From an uncultured Desulfobacterales bacterium (GTDB taxonomy: Bacteria > Desulfobacterota > Desulfobacteria > Desulfobacterales > SpSt-501), in contig CALIUY010000009.1 in NCBI GenBank assembly GCA_938048455.1, positions 582 to 64,581 on the forward strand: a DNA stretch of 64,000 nt, read 5' to 3'. Of the stretch, positions 57,240 through 64,000 are shown piece by piece. Within the stretch, counting starts at the first letter, position 1. The number at the start of each line of letters is the position of its first letter. Under the pieces are notes generated by a model. It worked only from the letters and a program-made list of their open reading frames with translations. It had not been told where the DNA came from and made no database searches. The position numbers were made by a program, and so were the translations under genes.

Positions 57240-59073
57240 GAAGAGGCCTTGAGCGGCTGATCTTCGGGTGGAGCTCTTTTTTCAGCCCTTGTTTGAGCCG
57301 CAAACGGTTCCAGTAGGTCAACGGCGGTCGAGCGGCTTTGGCGGTGCCCCGGAAGGCGTCCTCGGGGCGGTAGAGCAGGTCCGCAAGATGCACCGACGGC
57401 GTAAGCCGGCTCAAAAAGCCGGTGCAGCCGGCGCAGTAGGCCACCACAAGCCGGCCGGCGGTTTCCTTCTGCCGCACCGTTCCCCAGGCGCTGGCGAATT
57501 CAGGCTTCACGAAACCCACCATGCCGCCTTCCCCGCAGCAGACCGTGCGGCGGGCCCGGTGTTTCATCTCGGCGACCTTCAGACCCATCTCCGTGAGCAG
57601 TCCCCGAACGGCGCTCTGAATCCCGCTTTCGTGACGCAACACGCACGAATCATGCACGACGACCTCGCGGCCTTCCTGTTTGGTTTGGGGTTTCCAGCCG
57701 TTGGACCGGATGAATTCGTAGACCGTGTTCACGGCGAACCCCTCCCCGTACTGCTTGAAGACCTTGAAACAGTTCGGGCAGGCGACCAGGATGCGCTTGA
57801 TCCCCTGGCGGGAAAGGTATCGGGCCATTTCGCCGAAGACGGATTCGAAATATCCCTGGCGGCCCAGGTCGTGGGAGGGCTTGGTGCAGCAGTCGAGCGC
57901 GATGCCCATCGAGGGGTGCGATCTCCGCAAGTCCCGGAAAAGGCGCCGGACCATCTCCGGCCGCGTTCCCGGAAGAGCGCAGCCGGGGAAAAAGACCGTG
58001 TCCGCCCCTTCCGGCAGGCCGTACCATGAGAAGCGCGGCGAGATGCCGCGCCTTTCGTGGCCGAGGATCGCCCGGTACGGGGCCTCATCGAAATGGCCGC
58101 TGGCGACGTGCCGGCGGCGAAGTTCCAAAAACCCCTGTGCGGGATCGAGCCTTTCCGGGCAGACGGCGCTGCAGAGGCCGCAGAGGCTGCATTCGTAGGC
58201 GATCGCCCGCTGCCGCGGCCGGGAAAAGTCGAAAGCGGAAGCGATCGCCTTGGGAGTTCCGTAGTGAGCGAGAAACGCGCACTCGCGGGTGCAAACTCCG
58301 CATTCGGTGCAGCGCTCACGGATTGCCGCGAAGTTCGGGTCCAAGGCCGGCGGCTCCGTTGTCGGCGCCGAAGAAACGGCATCCCCTTTCTTGCGGAATC
58401 GGCTCCGGAAAAACGGCAGTGCGCGGCGGATCCCCAGCGGAAGCACGCCGATCAGGGCGAAGGAAACGATCAATCCGGGGGAAAAGATGCCGGATAGCGA
58501 TTCGATCCGGCCAAGCTGGCTGCCGGCGTTCACGAACACGGCGGTGCCCGGAAGCATCCCTATTTGGGACACCCAATAAAAAGTGGTCAGCCGGATCGGG
58601 GTCAAACCCATGACCAAGTTGATGACGAAAAAGGGAATGGCCGGAATCAGCCGCAGGGTGAAGAGATAAAAGGCACCCTCCTCGGCGATGCCGGCATTCA
58701 CCCGTTTCAGGCTCTCCCCGAAGCGACGCTGCACCCAATCGCGCAGAAGATAGCGCGAGAGGGCGCAGGCCAGGGTCGCCCCGATCGAGCTCGCAAAGGA
58801 GATGAGAATCGTCCCCGTGACGACACCGAAGAGAGCGCCGGCCGCAAGCCCCAGAACGGCGGCCCCCGGCAGGTTCAGGGCCACCACGGGAATGTAGAGG
58901 GCGCAGAAAGCGGCGATCACGACGGCCGGCTGACGGGCATAGATCGCCTGGAGTCGGTCCTGGTGACTTTTGAGGTTTTCCAGGGATAGCTCCCGATGGA
59001 AGCCGGTGGCGAAAAACAGAGCCACCGCGACGAGGATCGCGCCCAGCAGCACGAGCCGGCCGGATCGTTTCAT
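57235..59073 (-). CDS. Fusion protein: N-terminal DedA/TVP38-TMEM64 (SNARE-associated) membrane domain plus C-terminal HdrD/GlpC-like domain (2x[4Fe-4S] and two CCG domains)
   Basis: The N-terminal ~230 aa are polytopic with LRLIPAIPFFVINLVMG. They are followed by CTECGVCTRECAF and CSLCGLCSAVCPE, then FFPGCALPG...DCCTKP and HDSCVL...VCCGEGG (CCG motifs). Confidence 0.75.
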   Translation of the reverse strand: MKRSGRLVLLGAILVAVALFFATGFHRELSLENLKSHQDRLQAIYARQPAVVIAAFCALYIPVVALNLPGAAVLGLAAGALFGVVTGTILISFASSIGATLACALSRYLLRDWVQRRFGESLKRVNAGIAEEGAFYLFTLRLIPAIPFFVINLVMGLTPIRLTTFYWVSQIGMLPGTAVFVNAGSQLGRIESLSGIFSPGLIVSFALIGVLPLGIRRALPFFRSRFRKKGDAVSSAPTTEPPALDPNFAAIRERCTECGVCTRECAFLAHYGTPKAIASAFDFSRPRQRAIAYECSLCGLCSAVCPERLDPAQGFLELRRRHVASGHFDEAPYRAILGHERRGISPRFSWYGLPEGADTVFFPGCALPGTRPEMVRRLFRDLRRSHPSMGIALDCCTKPSHDLGRQGYFESVFGEMARYLSRQGIKRILVACPNCFKVFKQYGEGFAVNTVYEFIRSNGWKPQTKQEGREVVVHDSCVLRHESGIQSAVRGLLTEMGLKVAEMKHRARRTVCCGEGGMVGFVKPEFASAWGTVRQKETAGRLVVAYCAGCTGFLSRLTPSVHLADLLYRPEDAFRGTAKAARPPLTYWNRLRLKQGLKKELHPKISRSRPLL

Positions 59074-59124
59074 GGATCGCCGCTTTCGCTATTGTCGCGG
59101 ATCATCGCTCGAGCGCGATCCGAA

Positions 59125-59550
59125 TTATTTTTTCTCGGTTGCGTAAGGCCAGGCGTCCATACCTTTCTCCAGAATGATCAAACGCTTCTCGTCGACTCCT
59201 TGAGACTTGTAGTAATCGACCGTCTTCTTGGCACCGCCGCCTCCCCGCGGGCAGACGATGATGACATCGTCCTTGGAGGCCTGGATTTTCGGGAGCACCT
59301 TCGCCAGACTTGCGCGCTGCTCATCGGTGTCGACAGGATAAGCGTTGGTTTCGATCGAACCGGGAATATGCCCCTTGGCGAACTGCTCCGCCGGGCAAAT
59401 GTCGACGAGAATCATCGGGTGTTTGGCGTCAAGCCGTTTTTGCAGTTCGGCGGCGGAAATGTAGTTGTAGCCGCCGGCCGACGCCGCCCAGGAGACCGCC
59501 GCCTGGGAGAGAACAACCAGCCCGATCAACAGGGAAACCCTTTTCGCCAT
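59125..59550 (-). CDS. Exported single-domain rhodanese-like sulfurtransferase
   Basis: Signal peptide MAKRVSLLIGLVVLSQAAVSWA, the motif FAKGHIPGS and the active-site loop CPRGGGG. GGAAGGAGG lies upstream of ATG 59550. Confidence 0.75.
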   Translation of the reverse strand: MAKRVSLLIGLVVLSQAAVSWAASAGGYNYISAAELQKRLDAKHPMILVDICPAEQFAKGHIPGSIETNAYPVDTDEQRASLAKVLPKIQASKDDVIIVCPRGGGGAKKTVDYYKSQGVDEKRLIILEKGMDAWPYATEKK

Positions 59551-59812
59551 GACAAACCTCCTTCCAGATAGGTTGTCGGTTGAACATCCGGGATCGCCTC
59601 CTCCCGTTTCCCTTGAGGGGATTGATCGCCATCGGTGAAAGCGCCGTAAGAGCCGGATCGCCCAAAGGGAAAGCGAAAATCGCAGCAAAAGCGGGAGAAA
59701 GAAGTCCGACCGGATACCGCACGGAGCTCATCCGGATCCCGTTCAGGGGACCCGCTCAGATAAGGCCGCGAGACAGTAAGCGATATAGGAGCGCCCGACA
59801 CCATCGAGCGTG

Positions 59813-59841
59813 AAACTAGATAGTTCAGGAAAATCTGTCAA
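59813..59841 (-). promoter_or_regulatory. Candidate sigma70 promoter (minus strand) TTGACA-17 nt-TAGTTT in an AT-rich patch
   Basis: -35 at 59841-59836 and -10 at 59818-59813. This would give a leader of about 255 nt before the rhodanese ATG. Confidence 0.4.
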
Positions 59842-59970
59842 ATTGCTATTTTCTATCGTTTAGGGAAGCTTTATCCGCTTTGTCGATACAGAAGAGCGCT
59901 CGAGGTCGTGGAAACGATCGACCCCGCTTACCTGAGGAATGAAAGGGAGAGGCGCATCGCAAAGCTTTAG

Positions 59971-59996
59971 TGATATATTAATGGACGTCCCCTAAA
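59971..59996. repeat. Right copy of the 26-nt direct repeat, TGATATATTAATGGACGTCCCCTAAA
   Basis: It overlaps the TAG stop (59992-59994) of the PagL-like gene. See 57214-57239. Confidence 0.8.
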
Positions 59997-60636
59997 ATTG
60001 GAGGCCGAGGCGGAGGCCGAGGGTGTCGAGACCTTCGTTGGGGTGGGCGAGATAACCGTTGGAGATGTGGTCGAAGAAGAGGGAAAGGCGATAGCGGGGG
60101 CTCAAGATCAACCCGACCTCGAGGGGCACCCGAAAGAGGAATCGCGAGCCCAGGCTCTTGCGATCGGGATCGTCGGTGTCGAGACGGCCGTCGTGCAGGG
60201 CAAGCCCCAGGCCCGTGTTGAAGAAGAGGTGCGGGCCGAAAATGCGCTCCCAAAGAAGGCCCGCGTAGGCCTTGCTCGTTTGGCCCGCAAGATTCAAACT
60301 CCCCCCGAGGTTGGAGAGCACCGCCCCGCCCAAGATTTCAATTCCGGGGCGGCGGAAGACGATCTCGAAATTGAGATCAGCCCCGCCCTCGGCCCGCGAG
60401 CGGCTCCAGAGATGGTCCACGTCGTGGGCGAGAACCCCGAAGCGCACCCCGTAGACGAAGCAGGGAACGCAAGAGCCGGAGTCTTGGGCAAGCTCCTCCG
60501 CTCGGCCGTCCTGCGGGAACAGGGCCGCCAGCGCGACGGCGACCAAACAGCCCGCCGCGGCGAAAGCGAGGCGGCTTGTGACCCGCCGCGCGTTTCGCCC
60601 CCGACGCGTTCCCACGACGGCCCTTTCCCTGCCCAA
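59992..60636 (-). CDS. pagL: PagL-like lipid A 3-O-deacylase / acyloxyacyl hydrolase outer-membrane protein
   Basis: C-terminal FFDHISNG (His-x-Ser-Asn-Gly) and a beta-barrel-like alternating pattern ending in F. The start is TTG at 60636 or GTG at 60615. Confidence 0.6.
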   Translation of the reverse strand: MGRERAVVGTRRGRNARRVTSRLAFAAAGCLVAVALAALFPQDGRAEELAQDSGSCVPCFVYGVRFGVLAHDVDHLWSRSRAEGGADLNFEIVFRRPGIEILGGAVLSNLGGSLNLAGQTSKAYAGLLWERIFGPHLFFNTGLGLALHDGRLDTDDPDRKSLGSRFLFRVPLEVGLILSPRYRLSLFFDHISNGYLAHPNEGLDTLGLRLGLQF

Positions 60637-60658
60637 AGGCGGCAGCCGCCCGCAGCGG

Positions 60659-61357
60659 CTATTTCTTCACCGGGACACCCGGTTTGAGCGGCTCCTTGTC
60701 CACCTTTCCCGTCCCGGGGCGGGAAAGGTCGGAGGGTTTGACCGGTGCCGGCTGGACCCATTGGATCTTGTCGAAGTCGCGCACCCCCTGGCCCTGGAGA
60801 TATCCCTGCCAGCGGATGTCGACCTTGGCGCCATCGAAACGGGCTTCTTGAAACAGCGCGCCCGAGAGATCGGCGCCGCTCAGGTCGGCAAAAGAAAAGT
60901 TCGCGCGGGTGCAATCGGCGCCCGCGAGTTTCGCCCCTTTCAGCTTCGAGTAGAGGAAGATCGCATCGCCCAGGCGCGCGCCCGAGAGATCGGCGCCGGA
61001 GAAATCGGCGCTGCTGCAAGAGGCGATGGTTAGAACCGCGTCCTTGAGTTTCGCGCCTTTGAGGACCGCATGGTGGAAGTGCGCGCCGTGGAAGCTTCCA
61101 TTCTCGAGGTTCGCCCCCTCGAAATTCGCCCCGTCGAAGACGACACTCCACAGCCGGCTGTTGCGGAAATCGGCCCCCCGGAAATCGACCCGGCTCACGT
61201 CCATGCGCCGCAGTCCGTTCAACCCGCTCAGATCGGCGTTTCTGAGGTCGTTCGCCCCAGACTCGAGCCGCTCCACATCCGAAGGGTTGAACGCCGCCGC
61301 CACAAGCGGAACCGCAAACGCGAACATCACGACCAGACATCTCTCAAGCCTACGCAT
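60659..61357 (-). CDS. Exported pentapeptide-repeat protein
   Basis: Long A(D/N)LxG-type pentapeptide run (ADLSGADLSGARL..., ANFEGANLENGSF...). Signal peptide MRRLERCLVVMFAFAVPLVAAA. GGAGG lies upstream of ATG 61357. Confidence 0.75.
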   Translation of the reverse strand: MRRLERCLVVMFAFAVPLVAAAFNPSDVERLESGANDLRNADLSGLNGLRRMDVSRVDFRGADFRNSRLWSVVFDGANFEGANLENGSFHGAHFHHAVLKGAKLKDAVLTIASCSSADFSGADLSGARLGDAIFLYSKLKGAKLAGADCTRANFSFADLSGADLSGALFQEARFDGAKVDIRWQGYLQGQGVRDFDKIQWVQPAPVKPSDLSRPGTGKVDKEPLKPGVPVKK

Positions 61358-61483
61358 CGCCAAAACCTCCGCAAGCGAGAATTTTCTCCTCCGGCTGTTG
61401 CGGCCGCCGCTGCCCTCTACTTCCTTCGGCATCTTTATTTTAAGGCTTGAACCGGCCGTCTCCCCCCGCCGCGGGAGTCTCAA

Positions 61484-61876
61484 TCAGGCAAGCAGCGCCC
61501 CGCGGGCGGAGAGGTGATCCTTCAGAATCGAGCGGTGGCAGCGGCTTTCGTCCGCGCAGCAGCAGCCGACCGAGAAATCGGTCTGTCGCGAAAGAGCGGC
61601 CAGCAGATCCAGCAGCCTCGTTTTCTCGGGCCGCCCCATCTCCGCACGATGGCGTCGGGCAAAGCGCCTCCGGTGTTCCTCGTCCCCCCCGGCCGCCGCC
61701 CGCCCCTCCTTCAGAAGCTCCTCGCTCGGCGCAAGCTCGGGCAGCCACACGTCGTAAAAGTTGCGGGCGGCAATCTCGGCCCGGGCGATCCCGCGCGGCG
61801 GCCTTCTCACCGTCCCGATCCTGAGCCGCTCCCCCTCCAGCCGTTCGCTTCCCCGCCTGAGGATCCGGATCGCCAT
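61484..61876 (-). CDS. DUF488-family protein
   Basis: MAIRILR...WLPELAPS...LL and FSVGCCCADESRCHR, typical of DUF488. Confidence 0.6.
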   Translation of the reverse strand: MAIRILRRGSERLEGERLRIGTVRRPPRGIARAEIAARNFYDVWLPELAPSEELLKEGRAAAGGDEEHRRRFARRHRAEMGRPEKTRLLDLLAALSRQTDFSVGCCCADESRCHRSILKDHLSARGALLA

Positions 61877-61999
61877 GCCTGTCCTCCTGCAGGATCAAGT
61901 CGCTTCCGGGCGCTCGAAGGCCTCGACCGGGGTCGAGCCCCGCAAACCCGCTGCGGTCGGTTTGAGTTTTCGACCGCGCCGTGTCATCAAGGGCATGCC

Positions 62000-63232
62000 A
62001 TGGCTGTCCTTCCCTCCAGCGCCCAGCTCACCACGGCCTTCTGCTTTACCATCCAGGCCCTCGGGGTCGGAACCTACATCGCCTTCGGCGTTTTTTTCAA
62101 TCCTTTGATGGAGGAGTTCGGCTGGCCGCGGGCGGCGATCGCGGCCGCTCCGGCAACGGCGTTCTTCGTGATGGGGATCTTCGGTATGGTTGTCGGCCGC
62201 CTGAACGACAGCTTCGGCCCGCGCCTGCTGCTCACGGGGACGGCGCTTCTTCTCGGTGCGGGCTGCGCCCTCATGACGCAGGTTTCGAGCCTCGGAGGAC
62301 TCTACCTCTCCTTCGGCCTCGTCTTCGGCATGGGGCTGAGCGCCGTCGATGTGCTGGCGCTCACGACCATCGCCCGCTGGTTCACCGCCCGTCGCGGCCT
62401 CATGACCGGGATTGTCAAGGCCGGGACCGGTCTCGGGCAGTTCGTCGTCCCGCTGGCCGCAAGCGCCCTGATCGTGCAATTCGGCTGGCGTTGGGCGATC
62501 GGGATCGTCGGCTTGTCCGTGGCGGTGATTTTGATCGTCATCGCTCAGTTCCTTCGTCGCGACCCGGGGGAAACAGCCCCCGACCCGGAGGAAGAAGCGC
62601 CGGCCTCTCCGACCCTCCAAACCGCAGCCTCCGGGGTTCCTTTGATGCGGGTCTTCCGGGCGGCCCCGTTTTGGATCCTTTGCGCAATGAACCTGATTCT
62701 CGTTTCCTGCCTCATGGTCGTCATGCTGCACATCGTTCCCTATGCCCGCGACCGGGGCATCCCTGCCATCCCCGCCGCCGGCGTCCTCTCGACCATCGGG
62801 GCGGTGAGCATCCTGGGACGCCTGGCGGGAGGGGTGCTGATCGACCGGCTGGGGAGCAAGGCCGTGATGCACATCGGATTCTGCCTTTTGCTGGGAAGCC
62901 TCTTGTGGCTGCAGCTCTCCGACCGCCCCGTCATGCTCTACCTCTTCGGCGCGGTCTACGGCCTCGCCCACGGAAGCTTTTTCACCGCCATCTCCCCTTT
63001 GGCCGCGGAATGGTTCGGGATCCGTCACCATGGGACGGTCTTCGGCATCGTCGCTTGCTTCGGCACGACGGGGGGAGCCGCCGGTCCGGTCCTCGCCGGG
63101 CACCTCTTCGATGTGACCGGAAGCTATCGGCTCTCGTTCCTCATCCTGACCGCTCTGGCGCTCGTCGCCTGGGGAATGCTCTTCGCGCTTCGACCGCTGA
63201 GGGATCCCCAAGGATTCCTTCCTCGGATTTGA
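62000..63232 (+). CDS. MFS transporter (oxalate/formate antiporter-like subfamily)
   Basis: 12-TM pattern with GRLNDSFGPR in the loop 2-3 position. The internal ATG at 62000 is preferred over the ORF-track start at 61514. Confidence 0.75.
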   Translation: MAVLPSSAQLTTAFCFTIQALGVGTYIAFGVFFNPLMEEFGWPRAAIAAAPATAFFVMGIFGMVVGRLNDSFGPRLLLTGTALLLGAGCALMTQVSSLGGLYLSFGLVFGMGLSAVDVLALTTIARWFTARRGLMTGIVKAGTGLGQFVVPLAASALIVQFGWRWAIGIVGLSVAVILIVIAQFLRRDPGETAPDPEEEAPASPTLQTAASGVPLMRVFRAAPFWILCAMNLILVSCLMVVMLHIVPYARDRGIPAIPAAGVLSTIGAVSILGRLAGGVLIDRLGSKAVMHIGFCLLLGSLLWLQLSDRPVMLYLFGAVYGLAHGSFFTAISPLAAEWFGIRHHGTVFGIVACFGTTGGAAGPVLAGHLFDVTGSYRLSFLILTALALVAWGMLFALRPLRDPQGFLPRI

Positions 63233-63338
63233 ACGGCCACGACTTCGTCGCGGCCTGCCCGCTGCGGCGAGGGGTCTTTCGCGCCGCCCCGCCGGATCTT
63301 ATGGTAAAAGAAAATCGTCCGCCTTTTCGGAGTCGAAC

Positions 63339-64000
63339 ATGGATACGGTCACACAAGTCGCCTTGGGAGCCGCCGTGGGCGAGGCGGTCATGGGCCGCCG
63401 GGTCGGCCGCCGCGCGGCCCTCTGGGGCGGGCTTTGCGGGCTGCTTCCCGATCTGGATCTCCTGGTCCCCCTGACGGATGCCGTGGACCGCCTGACCTGG
63501 CATCGCGGTCCGAGCCACTCGCTTTTTGTTCTGGCCGCCGCGACCCCGCTCGTCGTGCGGCTGATCCTGAGGCTCCAGCCATCGACCTCCGGGCACCGCG
63601 GCCGGTGGGTCTGGCTCGTCTTTCTCGCCTTCGCGACGCATGTGCTCCTGGATTGCTTCACGGTCTACGGGACCCAGATCTTCTGGCCGCTTTCCACGCC
63701 GCCGGTGATGGGGTCGAGCATTTTCATCATCGACCCGGCCTACTCCCTGCCCCTGATCTTGGGGGTTCTTGCCGCCCTTTTCCTTCATCGCACCCCCCGC
63801 GGCCACCGGCTGAACGCTCTCGGGCTGGCGCTGAGCAGCCTCTATCTCCTCTGGAGCCTGGGAGCGAAGCTCCACGTCGAAAGCAGGGTGCGCGCCTCCC
63901 TTGCCCGGCAGGCGATCCCCTACACGGCGCTTCTCAGCTCGCCCACGGCTTTCAACACGCTCCTGTGGCGCATCGTGACCGTGAACGAGGGGACCTATGC
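63339..64000 (+). CDS. YdjM/DUF457-like membrane-bound metal-dependent hydrolase, 3' end cut by the window edge
   Basis: Translated by hand from ATG 63339; the frame is open to the window end and so is absent from the ORF track. MDTVTQVALGAAVGE...LLPDLD...HRGPSHSL...THVLLDCFT. Confidence 0.65.
   Translation, partial: MDTVTQVALGAAVGEAVMGRRVGRRAALWGGLCGLLPDLDLLVPLTDAVDRLTWHRGPSHSLFVLAAATPLVVRLILRLQPSTSGHRGRWVWLVFLAFATHVLLDCFTVYGTQIFWPLSTPPVMGSSIFIIDPAYSLPLILGVLAALFLHRTPRGHRLNALGLALSSLYLLWSLGAKLHVESRVRASLARQAIPYTALLSSPTAFNTLLWRIVTVNEGTY

Noticed and set aside
53311-59550. Interpreting ptxD together with the neighbouring FeS/rhodanese genes as a dissimilatory phosphite oxidation (DPO) cluster.
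   Set aside because: The DPO-specific ptdC, ptdF, ptdG, ptdH and ptdI genes are not present. The DedA-HdrD gene is convergent to ptxD and separated from it by 300 nt. An ABC-type ptxABC with ptxD fits assimilatory use.

Overview
Visibly GC-rich, gene-dense chromosomal window: about 60 CDS and one tRNA. I saw no rRNA, CRISPR array, transposase or integrase. The gene content looks like an anaerobic, cytochrome-c-rich sulfate-reducer or syntroph type bacterium (Desulfobacterota-like). That placement rests on a Qrc-like quinone-reductase module, the siroheme-dependent Ahb heme pathway and HdrA/MvhD/MetV; it is an inference from gene content only. Gene order along the window: (1) 1-6433, a mirrored hdrA-mvhD-metV-mvhD-hdrA array, followed by an orphan HgdC/BcrAD-type activase. 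(2) 7.5-12.6 kb, a tightly coupled selenium/sulfur-trafficking operon: yedE, tusA-like, a DUF3343 fusion, a YjeF_C-like kinase, a small CxxC protein, selD, yedF and mop. In it selD carries an in-frame UGA (Sec) that the ORF track splits. (3) 12.6-17.7 kb, a zinc-finger-less ClpX paralog with ahbC-like, hemB and ahbD-like genes. (4) A CBS/ACT protein, comEC and murA. (5) 22.5-30.1 kb, Qrc-like qrcABCD plus a small membrane ORF, then ccsA and resB. (6) A UvrD-type helicase, ppiD, tRNA-Ala(GGC), TRAP dctPQM, ilvD, a stand-alone EF-G paralog, an M48/TPR protease, parAB, a NYN protein, an IspH-UbiA fusion, plsY, smr, a DUF1537 kinase, DUF401, and a desaturase with a CPBP protease. (7) ptxABCD (phosphite uptake and oxidation). 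(8) A 2.76-kb two-gene module (DedA-HdrD fusion plus exported rhodanese) with an AT-rich promoter region, bracketed by a 26-nt direct repeat. (9) A PagL-like protein, a pentapeptide-repeat protein, DUF488, an MFS transporter and a partial YdjM-like hydrolase. The items most worth follow-up are the uncharacterised genes wired into the selD operon, the repeat-bracketed DedA-HdrD/rhodanese module, the IspH-UbiA fusion and the ClpX-like/heme operon. All functional calls come from motif-level reading of the translations; no database search was run.
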